Below, one piece after another: positions 46,076 to 56,439 of a stretch of DNA of 64,000 nt. Origin of the DNA: an uncultured Gemmatimonadaceae bacterium (GTDB taxonomy: Bacteria; Gemmatimonadota; Gemmatimonadetes; Gemmatimonadales; Gemmatimonadaceae); contig CAYXRS010000002.1 of NCBI GenBank assembly GCA_964467195.1, forward strand, positions 2,276-66,275. Direction: 5' to 3'. The notes below the pieces were generated by a model. That model made no database searches. It worked only from the letters and a program-made list of their open reading frames with translations, and had not been told where the DNA came from. Each line of letters starts with the position of its first letter. The stretch's first letter is position 1. The position numbers were made by a program, and so were the translations under genes.

Positions 46076-47475
46076 TGACGCAGCCCCCACCACGCAACGC
46101 TCGTCCATACGAGTCGGTTCTCGAAACGATTGGCTGGACGCCGCTCATCCGGCTCACCCGTGTGACCCACGGCATTCGCACCCCGGTGTATGGCAAGGCG
46201 GAGTTCTTCAATCCTGGTGGCTCCGTGAAGGATCGCATCGGCATGCCGATCATCGAAGCCGCGGAGAAGGCGGGAAAACTGCGGCCCGGCGGAACGATCG
46301 TGGAGGGCACGAGCGGAAATACCGGTGTGGGGCTGGCCATCGCTGCCGCCCTAAGAGGCTACCGCTGCATCTTCACCATGCCGGACAAGATGTCGCACGA
46401 GAAGGTGAGGTTGCTCAAGGCTTTCGGGGCGGAGGTGATCGTCACGCCCACCGCTGTTCCGCCCGACCACCCGGACAACTACGTGGTGATGGCGAAGCGC
46501 ATCGCGCAGGAGACGCCAAACGCCGTTCTCGCCGACCAGTTCTACAACCAGGCTAACCCGGAAGCTCACTATGCCCTCACGGGACCAGAGTTGTGGGACC
46601 AGACTGCCGGGCGAATCACGCATTTCGTGGCTGCCGCGGGAACAGGCGGCACGATCACCGGTGTCGGACGCTTCCTCAAGGAGCGCAATCCGGCAATCCG
46701 CATCATCTCCGGCGATCCGGTCGGCTCGATTCTGGCCGAAGCGTGGCGCAACGATGGCCGGCACACGAACGAGGGAACGCCGTACAAGGTCGAGGGGATA
46801 GGGCAGGACAAGGTTCCCGGCACTCTGGATCTGAGTGTAGTGGATGAGTATCACACGGTGGACGACAAGGCGTCGTTTGCGATGGCGCGGCGTCTCACAC
46901 GCGAAGAGGGGCTGTTCGTTGGTGGATCATCAGGGCTCATCGTGCACGTCGCGCTACAAGTCGCCCGACAGGTGGATGACCCAAATGCCTTCATCGTGGC
47001 CGTGTTGTGCGACACCGGCGAGCGCTATCTCTCCAAGCTCTACAGCGACGAGTGGATGCGCGAGAACCGAATGATGGAGGACGAGCGTATCGGCATCGGG
47101 CGCCTGCTCGGCGGCAAGCGCGAGGGAGCCCCTCCGCTGGTGACCGTGACACCAGGGACCACCGTTCGGCAGGCACTGCGCCTCATGTCGCAGCACGACG
47201 TGTCACAGCTTCCGGTGATGGATGGAGAGAGCTGCGTGGGCTCGGTGGGCGAGGGAACGCTGAGCGCCCGCAGCCTGGAAGACACCAAGCTGCTGGACGT
47301 CACCGTGAGCGACGTGATGGACGCTCCCTTCCCGATCGTGACTCCCGAACAGCCCGTGGATGCGGTAGCGAAGCTGCTCAGCAGGACGATCCCTGCCGTG
47401 CTGGTGCGCAGCGATGGCCGCGTGACCGGAATCATCACGCGCTCCGACGTGCTTCAGTTCGTCATGTCGCGTTGA
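46075..47475 (+). CDS. cystathionine beta-synthase-like PLP enzyme with C-terminal CBS-domain pair
   Basis: NPGGSVKDR (PLP lysine), GTSGNTG, GTGGTITG. Two CBS motifs lie at the C-terminus (HDVSQLPVMD..., AVLVRSDGRVTGIITRSDV). Confidence 0.85.
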   Translation: MTQPPPRNARPYESVLETIGWTPLIRLTRVTHGIRTPVYGKAEFFNPGGSVKDRIGMPIIEAAEKAGKLRPGGTIVEGTSGNTGVGLAIAAALRGYRCIFTMPDKMSHEKVRLLKAFGAEVIVTPTAVPPDHPDNYVVMAKRIAQETPNAVLADQFYNQANPEAHYALTGPELWDQTAGRITHFVAAAGTGGTITGVGRFLKERNPAIRIISGDPVGSILAEAWRNDGRHTNEGTPYKVEGIGQDKVPGTLDLSVVDEYHTVDDKASFAMARRLTREEGLFVGGSSGLIVHVALQVARQVDDPNAFIVAVLCDTGERYLSKLYSDEWMRENRMMEDERIGIGRLLGGKREGAPPLVTVTPGTTVRQALRLMSQHDVSQLPVMDGESCVGSVGEGTLSARSLEDTKLLDVTVSDVMDAPFPIVTPEQPVDAVAKLLSRTIPAVLVRSDGRVTGIITRSDVLQFVMSR

Positions 47476-47477
47476 CC

Positions 47478-49961
47478 ATGCGGATTGCCGGGGCGCTGAT
47501 CGCAGCGGCCGTACTGGCGGTCACGCTCCACGTTGCCGCTCGCGGCACCGGGCCGGTACCACCGCTCGGCCCGCTGCTCGATCCGGCAAACGGCGTGTGG
47601 AGCGCTGCACGCTCGGCGATGGGGCCGCGCTCGAATCAAGCGATTCTTCCCGGGCTCAGCGACTCGGTGCGCGTGCTATACGACGATCGCGCGGTGCCGC
47701 ACATCTTCGCGTCGTCGGCACGCGATGCGTATTACGCGCTCGGTTACGTCGTGGCGCGTGACCGGCTGTTCCAGCTCGATCTCCAGTGGCGAGCCGGCGC
47801 CGGGCGGCTCACGGAACTCGTGGGGGAACGCGGATTGCCCGTCGATCGGATGGCTCGCTCGATCGGCCTTCCTGCCTCGGCAGAACGCAAGTTGGCTGAG
47901 CTCGACTCCACATCGCTGGGCTGGCAGGCGATCCAGGCTTACGCCGCGGGCGTCAACGCCTACATGGATGCGATGCCGGCGAGCGACCTGCCGATGGAGT
48001 ACCGGCTGCTGGGCACGCGCCCCGCGCGGTGGCAGCCGATCAACTCCATTCACATGATGAACAGAATGGGTATGACGCTGTCGTTCCGGCCCACTCAGTT
48101 CCTGCGGCTGCGCGCCGCCGCGATGGTAGGGTGGGAGGCCACCGATGCGCTCTTCCCGCATCACAGTCCCATTCAGGAGCCGATCCAACCGAACGAAGTC
48201 GATGGGCCACGCATGGATCTGCGGCCTGTCCCGCCGCCGGCCGTGGGAGCAGCCGATGCGAGGGAGACGCTGCGCCTCGTGGACGCCATGCTTAGCGAGA
48301 TTGCGACAGTCGCGGCGACGGGCGTCGAGCCGGGCACGCTGGGCAGTAACAGCTGGGCGGTCTCTCCCTCGCGTGCGTCTGGTGGCCACGCGCTGCTCGC
48401 CGGGGATCCGCATCTGGAACTGTCGCTGCCGTCCATCTGGTACGAAGTGCACCTGGTGGTGCCCGGCGAGCTGGATGTGTACGGCGTCACCTTCGCGGGC
48501 GCGCCATGGGTGATAATCGGCTTCAACCGCGACATCGCCTGGACGTTCACCAACAACGACGCCGACGTGGTGGATTACTACGCCGAGAGCGTGGACGACG
48601 CGCGAGCCCCGGCGTCCTACCTTCTCGACGGGGAGTGGCTGCCGCTTGAGCAGCGGGAAGAGGTGTACCTGGCTCCCAACGGTCGTGCGCTCGCAACCGA
48701 CACCGTTCGCTACACGCACCGGGGACCCATGCGCCGCACCGGTGAGCAGTGGCTGTCGCTGCGGTGGACGGTGCACGAGCCGTGGACCGATGATCGCTTC
48801 TTTGCCGATGTAGGGCAGGCGCGTTCGGTGGAAGAGTTCCTCGATGCGAGTGCCGGGTGGGTGGCTCCCTCGCAGAACATGCTCGCGGCCGACCGCGGCG
48901 GATCCATTGCCGTACGCTCCACCGGCTTCTTTCCGCTGCGGCCCAATGGCGCACGTGGCGATCTGATTCAGGACGGACGCACGCGCGCGGAAGACTGGAG
49001 CGGATTTCTTCCGCTTTCATCGTATCCATTCGCGCGCGATCCCGCGCAGGGCTATCTCGCAACCGCCAACCAACAGCCTGTGGATCCGGCCGTGCGCGAC
49101 GGCTACTTCGGCAGCGTGTGGCCATCACCATGGCGCGCCATGCGGATCAACGAACTGCTCCGCGCGGACAGCGCCGTGTCGCCCGATGCCATGCGGCGCT
49201 ACCAGACCGATCCCGGCAGCGCGCGGGCCGACATGTTCGTGCCGGCGTTCCTCGCCGCCGCGGCCGCCGCGGTGCGCAATGGTGATGATTCCGTTCGCTC
49301 AGCGGCGGAGTTCCTGGCAGCGTGGGATCGTCGCTACACCAGGGAGAACGAGCGGGCGGTGCTGTTCGAGGCGGCCATGGATGAGCTGTCGCGGCGGACA
49401 TGGGACGAGCTCATCGCCCCGGGTGGAGGCGCCCCCGTGGCCAATCCCGGCGACGTGCTGCTTGCCGTGCTGCTGCACCAGCCGGACAACGCCTGGTGGA
49501 ACGACCGGCGCACGGTGCGCCGTGAAACGCGCGACGACATTCTGGTGGCAAGCCTGAAGGCCGCGCTCGACAGCACCGTCGCGAGACATGGAAGCGTGGC
49601 GGACGGCGGATGGCGTTGGGATCGGGTGCGACATGCCACGATCATGCACCCACTCCAGATTGGCGAACTCTCGGCCATGCGCGTGCCCCTGCAGGGCGGT
49701 CCAGGGCTGCTCAATCCGTCGAGTGGAGATGGAAGGCATGGAGCAAGCTGGCGGATGGTCGTCGAGCTGGGTGATGAGCTGCGGGCATGGGGCACATATC
49801 CGGGCGGACAGTCGGGCAATCCGGTCAGCCCTCTCTACCGCGACCGGATCGCGCAATGGAGCGCTGGCGAGCTCGATGCGCTGCTCGTGCCGCGCACGCC
49901 GGACGAATTGCCGGCGGATCGTGTGAGCGCGCGGGTGCAGTTGACGGGCAGGGCACGATGA
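47478..49961 (+). CDS. penicillin-acylase-family Ntn hydrolase (possible beta-lactam / acyl-homoserine-lactone acylase)
   Basis: Internal ATG 47478 with signal MRIAGALIAAAVLAVTLHVAA. YALGYVVARDRLFQLD. Nucleophile context GSNSWAVSP...LAGDPHL. Confidence 0.85.
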   Translation: MRIAGALIAAAVLAVTLHVAARGTGPVPPLGPLLDPANGVWSAARSAMGPRSNQAILPGLSDSVRVLYDDRAVPHIFASSARDAYYALGYVVARDRLFQLDLQWRAGAGRLTELVGERGLPVDRMARSIGLPASAERKLAELDSTSLGWQAIQAYAAGVNAYMDAMPASDLPMEYRLLGTRPARWQPINSIHMMNRMGMTLSFRPTQFLRLRAAAMVGWEATDALFPHHSPIQEPIQPNEVDGPRMDLRPVPPPAVGAADARETLRLVDAMLSEIATVAATGVEPGTLGSNSWAVSPSRASGGHALLAGDPHLELSLPSIWYEVHLVVPGELDVYGVTFAGAPWVIIGFNRDIAWTFTNNDADVVDYYAESVDDARAPASYLLDGEWLPLEQREEVYLAPNGRALATDTVRYTHRGPMRRTGEQWLSLRWTVHEPWTDDRFFADVGQARSVEEFLDASAGWVAPSQNMLAADRGGSIAVRSTGFFPLRPNGARGDLIQDGRTRAEDWSGFLPLSSYPFARDPAQGYLATANQQPVDPAVRDGYFGSVWPSPWRAMRINELLRADSAVSPDAMRRYQTDPGSARADMFVPAFLAAAAAAVRNGDDSVRSAAEFLAAWDRRYTRENERAVLFEAAMDELSRRTWDELIAPGGGAPVANPGDVLLAVLLHQPDNAWWNDRRTVRRETRDDILVASLKAALDSTVARHGSVADGGWRWDRVRHATIMHPLQIGELSAMRVPLQGGPGLLNPSSGDGRHGASWRMVVELGDELRAWGTYPGGQSGNPVSPLYRDRIAQWSAGELDALLVPRTPDELPADRVSARVQLTGRAR

Positions 49962-50335
49962 GCGCGCGTGCCGGCGGACTGATCGCGATTGCGGCGACTT
50001 TGATGGTGATAGGGACGGTCCTGCTCGGTTGGGTGAGCGTGCCGGTGGTGGGAGCACTGGCTGGAGTGGCCTCGCGCGAGCTGCGTGTGCCGCCGCTGTG
50101 GATCGGCGTGGCGGGGTTGGTTGCCTGGGGAGCGATACTGGCGTGGCAAGGGTTGGGCGGGGCGATGGGAGCAGTGGCCGGCACACTCGGTGGAGTCCTG
50201 GGGGTGCCCGGTGTGGTGCCTGTGCTGGCTACGTTGGCGCTGGCATTCGTGCTTGCGTGGACCGCCGCCATCGTGGCGGCAGAGCTTCGACGGCTCATCA
50301 GTGGGCCGCTGGCGCATACCAAGAGCGGCACCTAG
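49958..50335 (+). CDS. small membrane protein (125 aa, Gly/Ala/Val-rich TM helices)
   Basis: ATGA overlap with the acylase stop. MSARAGGLIAIAATLMVIGTVLLGWVSVPVVGALAGV... Confidence 0.5.
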   Translation: MSARAGGLIAIAATLMVIGTVLLGWVSVPVVGALAGVASRELRVPPLWIGVAGLVAWGAILAWQGLGGAMGAVAGTLGGVLGVPGVVPVLATLALAFVLAWTAAIVAAELRRLISGPLAHTKSGT

Positions 50336-50443
50336 GTTAGCCCCCAATTCTGAACCCGTGCGGGCACCTCCGGCGGGAGGGCTGGCTCGTTCGCCTCCCG
50401 GCCGGATCTGCCGATATCCTCCTCTCTCTCGAGGTTCCGCAGA

Positions 50444-52021
50444 ATGGCCGCAACCAGGAGCCCGTTCCTTCGCGTGCTCGATGTAGTCGAGCGCGTGGGC
50501 AACAAGCTGCCCGATCCTTTCACCCTGTTCGTCCTTTTCGCGCTGGCGGTGATCGTGGTATCCGCCATCGCCGCCGGTGCCGGTGTGTCGGCGGTGCACC
50601 CCGGGACACAGGCGACAATCGAGACGGTCAATCTGCTCTCGGTCGAGCAGATACGACGGATCTTCATGCAGGCAGTGCAGAACTTCGTCACCTTCCCGCC
50701 GCTCGGGCTGGTGCTCGTGGTAATCATCGGAATTGGCGTCACGGAGCGGAGCGGGCTAATTGCCGTCGCGCTCAAGCGGCTGGTGACGGCGGTGCCGACG
50801 TCGATGATCACCGCCGCTCTCGTCTTCGGCGGCATCATGAGCAGCATGGCAGCCGACGCGGGCTACATCGTGCTCACGCCGCTGGGCGCGTTGCTCTTCG
50901 CCGGCCTTGGGCGACATCCACTGGCCGGGCTGGCGGCGGCATTCGCGGGAGTGTCGGCCGGGTTCAGCGCGAATCTTCTCATCACGTCCATCGATCCGCT
51001 GCTCTCCGGTCTGTCCACAGAAGCGGCTCGGCTGGTAGACCCGGCGTACGAGGTGCTGCCGACGGCGAACTACTACTTCATGATCGTGTCGGTATTCCTG
51101 CTCACCATGCTCGGCACGTTCGTGACGCACCGTTTCGTGGAGCCGAGGCTGGGGACGTGGAATCCGGAATCGGCCAGCGAGCCGATCGGCGATACGAGCC
51201 TTGGAGAGATCACGCCGCGTGAGAAGAGGGGATTGCGTGCTGCGGGGATCACCTTCGTCATCTACCTGTTGGTCGTGGCACTGCTCACCTTTCCCAACGC
51301 GATCGGGCTTCCCCGCGAGTGGGCGATCTTCAGGCTCCCCGAGGGCGAGTACGAGACGATGCTCCAGAGCCTGGGGCCTCTGCTCGCCAGCGGCAGCATC
51401 GTGACCAATCTCATGCTCATGTTCCTCTTCATGGGCATCGTGTACGGCGCGGTGGCTGGCACCATCAAGAACGATCGTGACGTGGCACGCATGAGCGGCG
51501 AGGGGATGGCGACGATGGGCGCCTACATCGTGCTGGCCTTTGCCGCCGCCCAGTTCGTTGCCTACTTCAATTGGTCGAACCTGGGAATCATCATGGCGAT
51601 CAAGGGCGCCGACGGATTGCGGGCCGCAGGCTTCACTGGACTGCCATTGATCCTCAGCTTCGTGGTAGTGTCGGCGATTCTGAACATGTTCATAGGCAGC
51701 GCGTCGGCGAAGTGGGCCGTGATGGCCCCGGTGTTCATCCCGATGATGATGCTCCTTGGCTACTCTCCGGAGTCCGTGCAGGCGGCATATCGCGTGGGGG
51801 ACTCGACCACCAACATCATCACGCCGCTGCTCCCATACTTCCCGATAATCATCGCGTTCGCGCGCAAATACGACCGCAATACGGGACTCGGGACGCTGAT
51901 CTCGGCGATGCTTCCGTACACGATCGTATTCGGTATTGCCTGGATGATCATGCTGTCAGTCTGGATGCTTGCCGGGCTGCCGTTCGGGCCGGGGGCTCCG
52001 CTGCAGTACGTGGCGCCGTAA
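50444..52021 (+). CDS. AbgT-family (p-aminobenzoyl-glutamate / peptide-like anion) transporter
   Basis: FLRVLDVVERVGNKLPDPFTLFVLFA... is a typical AbgT N-terminus. About 12 TM helices, 525 aa. Confidence 0.85.
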   Translation: MAATRSPFLRVLDVVERVGNKLPDPFTLFVLFALAVIVVSAIAAGAGVSAVHPGTQATIETVNLLSVEQIRRIFMQAVQNFVTFPPLGLVLVVIIGIGVTERSGLIAVALKRLVTAVPTSMITAALVFGGIMSSMAADAGYIVLTPLGALLFAGLGRHPLAGLAAAFAGVSAGFSANLLITSIDPLLSGLSTEAARLVDPAYEVLPTANYYFMIVSVFLLTMLGTFVTHRFVEPRLGTWNPESASEPIGDTSLGEITPREKRGLRAAGITFVIYLLVVALLTFPNAIGLPREWAIFRLPEGEYETMLQSLGPLLASGSIVTNLMLMFLFMGIVYGAVAGTIKNDRDVARMSGEGMATMGAYIVLAFAAAQFVAYFNWSNLGIIMAIKGADGLRAAGFTGLPLILSFVVVSAILNMFIGSASAKWAVMAPVFIPMMMLLGYSPESVQAAYRVGDSTTNIITPLLPYFPIIIAFARKYDRNTGLGTLISAMLPYTIVFGIAWMIMLSVWMLAGLPFGPGAPLQYVAP

Positions 52022-52187
52022 CGGCTTCTCGCCGCGGAGATCGGGTAGAGAACGGAGGGCGGCGGAGGGCGAGGGCGAGGGCGCGTCGTGCAGCTGACTG
52101 CGACGTGCGTTGGAGCAGGCACGAGGTACGAGAATGGGACGACGATCCTCTCACCAAGAGAGGTGAAGGCAACAGCGAAGAGAGGAG

Positions 52188-54920
52188 ATGGTCATGCCGT
52201 TTCAGGAAGTGATATTCGAGGAACTCGATACAGGACACCGCCAGCATCCCACGGACGATGCTCCTCCCGCACTCTCCGCGTTCTCCGCGTTCTTCGCGTT
52301 CTGCGCGCTGAATGCCGTTCCGTTGAGCCTCAAACGCCCCACCAGGATCAGAGGCCTTCTCCTGGCTGCGGGCTTTCTTTTCGCCGCACCGCTAACAGCC
52401 CAGGTTCCAGCTTTCGAGGAAGTCACCGGCCACGAATTCGGCAAGCGGATAACGCAACATCATCAGATGGTGCGTTACCTCGACCGGCTGGCGACCGCCT
52501 CGCCGCGTGTGACCGTGGTGGAGCAGGGAGAATCGTGGGGCGGCCGGTCGCTCCCACTGGCGATCGTAACTTCGCCGGAGAACCATGCCCGACTTGACCA
52601 GATCCAGCAGAACGCCGGCCGACTGGGCGATCCGCGAACGCTTTCGGCTGCTGATGCGCAGGAGATCATCCGGACGCAGCCGGCGGTGGTGTGGTTCGGC
52701 GGCTCCATCCACGGCTTCGAGTTGTCTGGTACCGAGGGAGCGCTCAAGCTCCTGGAGCATCTCACGACGCGGGACGATGCGGCCACCATGGAGGTGCTGC
52801 GCAACACGGTCATCCTAATCGACCCCATGCTCAACCCCGACGGGCGCGACGCGTTCGCCGCTCTCAACCACTCGCTCATCGGTCGGGAGCCCAGCGCCGA
52901 TCACGACGACTGGTCCAACAGCTTCACCGGCTGGCAGGCGCTGAGCTTCCGCACCGGGCATTACTTCTTCGACACCAACCGCGACTGGTTCGCGCACACT
53001 CAGCGCGAAACCCGTGAGCGCATGCCTACGATCCGCCAGTGGCGCCCGCAGGTGGTCGTGGACATGCACGAGATGGGATCGGACGTGGAGTTCTTCTTCG
53101 ATCCCCCCGATGAGCCCACCGGTCCGTACTTCCCGGAGTATGCCACCCGTTGGTTCGACCGGTTCAACGCGGCGTATGCGCAGGCGTTCGATTCGGCCGG
53201 ATTCGAATACATGACCGGCGAGCGGTACAACTACTTCTATCCTGGCTACACCACGTCATGGGGTTCCTATCAGGGTGCAGTGGGGATGCTGTACGAGCAG
53301 GGATCCACGCGTGGCCTGGCATTGCGACGTCCCGACGGCTCGGTGCGCACGCTCGCCGACGCGCTCGAGCAGCAGTACGTGGCGGCATGGGCGGCGTCGC
53401 AGCTGGCGGCGCGCGATCGGGAGCTGATGCTCCGTGAATACGTTGACGCACACCGCGCCGCGGTGGCCGATGGGCGGCAGGGCATTCGACGTTACTTCAT
53501 TGCCGCCGAGACCGATCCGGGCCTCGCCGCCGAGCTCGCCAATCTGCTGGGTCGAAATGGGGTGGAGGTGGACGTACTTACCGAACCGGTGCGCGTCGCC
53601 AGCACTCGCGACCGGTTCGGCCGCTCCGCCGGCGCCCGCACCTTTCCGGCCGGCGCGTACGTGGTGGAGGCGGCACAGCCGCGCAATCGGATCATTCGTG
53701 CCCTGCTCGAACCAGAAACGCAGGTGCCGGAGAGGTTTCTGCAAGACGCCCGACAGCGTGTCGATCGTGCCGTGAACCCGCGCTTTTACGACATCACTGC
53801 GTGGTCGCTGCCGCTGCTCTTCAACGTGAGTGTGTACGGCAGCACGGATGCGGCTGCGCCGCGGACGCAACGGCTGAAATCTCACGCGAATGCGATGTCG
53901 CTCCCCGGCGAACGAGCGCGTTACGCCTATCTCATCGACGGCGGCCAGGCCGCATCCGTCGCCGCCGCGGCAAGACTGCGCCGCGAGGATGTGCGCGCTG
54001 CCGTCACCCTCAAGGCTACTCGTATTGATGGCGCGGCCCTGTCGAGCGGGAGTATTGTGGTGCGCGTCGGCCAGAATGACACGACGGTCCATGAGAAGGT
54101 TCGCGAGGTGGCGGAGGCCTACGAGCTGAGCGTCCGCGCCGTGCACACCGGACTCGCCGACCGTGGGCATCCTTCACTCGGCTCCGGGGACGTCATTCCC
54201 GTGCAAACGCCCGTGGTGGCCATCCTCGCCGAGGATGGCATCAACGGCTACTCGTTCGGCTGGGCGTGGTACACGCTCGACCGGCAGTATCAGGTGCCCG
54301 TGACCGTGGTGCGCACACAGACGGTAGCCAACACGCGGCTCGATCGGTTCAATGCCATCGTCATTCCGGAGGCACAGCAGCAGGCACTGTCGAACGCGCT
54401 TGGGGAGAATGGCCGGGCTAGGCTTCGGCGCTGGGTGCAGGATGGTGGGACGCTCGTCACGATCGGCGCCGCCACCGAGTTCGCGCGCGACTCAGCCGGC
54501 GTCGGAATCGCGCTCCGGTCGTGGTACCAAACCGAAGCCGGGAAGGATTCCGCGCAGGTTGCCGTGCCCGGCGCGATCTTCCGGGTGAGTCTGGATCGGG
54601 AGTCATGGCTGGCGGCCGGCTACGACAGTGGGGAGGTGCCGGTGCTGGTGTTCTCCAATCGCGTGTATCTGGTGCCAGAGGGGGCGGTGAGTGCGCGACG
54701 GACTGCGGTTGGGCGGTATGCCGCGCGTAATCCGCGAATCGCCGGGCATGCGTGGAGCGAGAGTCTGGAGCGACTGCCCGAAGCCGTTTTCGTGTACGAG
54801 GAGCGGGTTGGCCAGGGGCGGGTGGTCGCGTTCGCAGAGGATCCGAACTTCCGGGCGTATCACCGCGGGGTGAATCGGTTGTTTCTTAATGCGGTGTTGC
54901 TGGGGGCGAGTGCGCCGTAG
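52188..54920 (+). CDS. large secreted M14-family zinc carboxypeptidase-like protein
   Basis: HHQMVRYLDRLA..., VWFGGSIHGFELSG (HxxE zinc motif context), NPDGRD. The signal peptide KRPTRIRGLLLAAGFLFAAPLTAQ suggests the true start may be the in-frame TTG at 52323 rather than the ATG at 52188. Confidence 0.75.
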   Translation: MVMPFQEVIFEELDTGHRQHPTDDAPPALSAFSAFFAFCALNAVPLSLKRPTRIRGLLLAAGFLFAAPLTAQVPAFEEVTGHEFGKRITQHHQMVRYLDRLATASPRVTVVEQGESWGGRSLPLAIVTSPENHARLDQIQQNAGRLGDPRTLSAADAQEIIRTQPAVVWFGGSIHGFELSGTEGALKLLEHLTTRDDAATMEVLRNTVILIDPMLNPDGRDAFAALNHSLIGREPSADHDDWSNSFTGWQALSFRTGHYFFDTNRDWFAHTQRETRERMPTIRQWRPQVVVDMHEMGSDVEFFFDPPDEPTGPYFPEYATRWFDRFNAAYAQAFDSAGFEYMTGERYNYFYPGYTTSWGSYQGAVGMLYEQGSTRGLALRRPDGSVRTLADALEQQYVAAWAASQLAARDRELMLREYVDAHRAAVADGRQGIRRYFIAAETDPGLAAELANLLGRNGVEVDVLTEPVRVASTRDRFGRSAGARTFPAGAYVVEAAQPRNRIIRALLEPETQVPERFLQDARQRVDRAVNPRFYDITAWSLPLLFNVSVYGSTDAAAPRTQRLKSHANAMSLPGERARYAYLIDGGQAASVAAAARLRREDVRAAVTLKATRIDGAALSSGSIVVRVGQNDTTVHEKVREVAEAYELSVRAVHTGLADRGHPSLGSGDVIPVQTPVVAILAEDGINGYSFGWAWYTLDRQYQVPVTVVRTQTVANTRLDRFNAIVIPEAQQQALSNALGENGRARLRRWVQDGGTLVTIGAATEFARDSAGVGIALRSWYQTEAGKDSAQVAVPGAIFRVSLDRESWLAAGYDSGEVPVLVFSNRVYLVPEGAVSARRTAVGRYAARNPRIAGHAWSESLERLPEAVFVYEERVGQGRVVAFAEDPNFRAYHRGVNRLFLNAVLLGASAP
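52273..52308. repeat. 9-bp tandem repeat TCTCCGCGT: 2 exact copies plus 2 diverged copies
   Basis: TCTCCGCGT TCTCCGCGT TCTTCGCGT TCTGCGCGC. It lies in the doubtful 5' extension of the M14 gene. Confidence 0.8.
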
Positions 54921-55090
54921 AGGAAGAGCAGGCGTGGGCCACTCCCGGTGAGGGCCCACCGAGCCACTCCCGGAAGCATCGATTTGCCGGATGACCGTTC
55001 GCTGAGTCAGTCGTGCCGCTCGCCCAAGACATCCTTGTTGGCCAGCGTGGGGGGCGTGCAACCTGCGCGCTGCAAAGCCGGAGGAAGACT

Positions 55091-55501
55091 ATGGCGGAAA
55101 GTAGGGTAAACGATTCGGCTCACTGGTACATCGCGCCCTATTTTCTCGTGGGCGATGTGGTAGCTGCCGCTAACCACTACCGCGACAGCCTCGGTTTTCA
55201 TTATGAGCGCTTCTGGGGCGAGCCCCCGTCGTTCTGCATGGTCAAGCGGGGCGGCATCGTCATCATGCTTGCCGAGACCGACAGCGCCGATGCCGTGCGT
55301 CCAAACCGCCTCGCAGATCGGGAAGGAGGTGCGTGGGACGCCTACATATGGATCCACGATGCCGATTCGCTTCACGCCGAATTCGTCGCAAAAGGAGTGA
55401 CGATCGCGCGCGGCATCTGCGACCAGCCCTATGGCTGCCGTGACTTCGAGGTGGATGACTTCAACGGCTACCGGATCTGCTTCGGTCAGAACCTGGAATG
55501 A
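55091..55501 (+). CDS. VOC / glyoxalase-bleomycin-resistance-family protein
   Basis: Internal ATG 55091. YFLVGDVVAAANHYRDSLGF...DAYIWIHDADSLHAEF...QPYGCRDFEVDDFNGYRICFGQ. Confidence 0.75.
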   Translation: MAESRVNDSAHWYIAPYFLVGDVVAAANHYRDSLGFHYERFWGEPPSFCMVKRGGIVIMLAETDSADAVRPNRLADREGGAWDAYIWIHDADSLHAEFVAKGVTIARGICDQPYGCRDFEVDDFNGYRICFGQNLE

Positions 55502-56439
55502 TCGCGGACGACCGGACGACCATAATCCGTTCGGACGACCGGAGTCGACATTTTACACAGACGAAACCGCCCGCTCCTGGCGCGATCGCGGTGTATTTCG
55601 CACTCACGTTCCTGGTAGCGTGGTTGCTCTGGCTCGCCGCCGCCGCAGTCACACCGTCGTCCTGGAGCATCGGGACGCGAGGGCTGTTCTATCTTCCGGG
55701 CACGTTCGCTCCAGCAATCGTCGCCCTCTGGCTTACGGCTCGCGACGAAGGGGGCGCGGGAATCAGTCTTCTCCTCCGCCGCGTGGTGCGCTGGGAGGTG
55801 CACGCTCGGTGGTACCTGTTCGCCATCAGTTACATGGCGGGCATCAAGCTTGCCGCTGCAGTCGCGTCCCGTGCGATCACTGGCGAGTGGCCCGCATTCA
55901 GCGAGCTGCCGCTGTACTTGCTGTTCATCGGGGCCATCCTCTCGACACCGTTTCAGGCAGGAGAGGAAATCGGCTGGCGTGGCTACGCGCTTCCACGACT
56001 GGCATCGCGCATGGGGCTCGCTCGCGCCAGCATCCTGCTCGGCGTGATCTGGGCTCTCTGGCACCTGCCACTCTTCGTCATTCCGGGGACCACGACGAGC
56101 GGGCAGAATTTTTCCATGTACCTGATTGCTGTGACCGCCGTGTCCGTGCCGATGGCATGGCTGTACGCGCGCACCGGTGGAAGCCTGCTGCTCGTGATGC
56201 TCATGCATTCGGCAATCAACAACACCACCGGCATAGTTCCATCGCGTTCAGCGGATGCTCCAGCCGAAGTCACCATCGTGAGCTGGCTGACGGCAGCCCT
56301 GCTGTGGATTGGCGCAGCGTTCTTTCTCGCCCGGATGCCGGCGGCCATCGCGGGCCCGCCAGGAGGGAGAAATGGCCCCAATCGCGCGGCGGAACCTCCC
56401 GATTGGCAGCAGACACAGGCACCTCATGAAGGGCGATGA
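55498..56439 (+). CDS. CPBP-family (CAAX/Abi) intramembrane glutamic endopeptidase
   Basis: ATGA overlap with the VOC stop. GEEIGWRGYALPRL, ALWHLPLF, MLMHSAINN. Confidence 0.8.
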   Translation: MIADDRTTIIRSDDRSRHFTQTKPPAPGAIAVYFALTFLVAWLLWLAAAAVTPSSWSIGTRGLFYLPGTFAPAIVALWLTARDEGGAGISLLLRRVVRWEVHARWYLFAISYMAGIKLAAAVASRAITGEWPAFSELPLYLLFIGAILSTPFQAGEEIGWRGYALPRLASRMGLARASILLGVIWALWHLPLFVIPGTTTSGQNFSMYLIAVTAVSVPMAWLYARTGGSLLLVMLMHSAINNTTGIVPSRSADAPAEVTIVSWLTAALLWIGAAFFLARMPAAIAGPPGGRNGPNRAAEPPDWQQTQAPHEGR

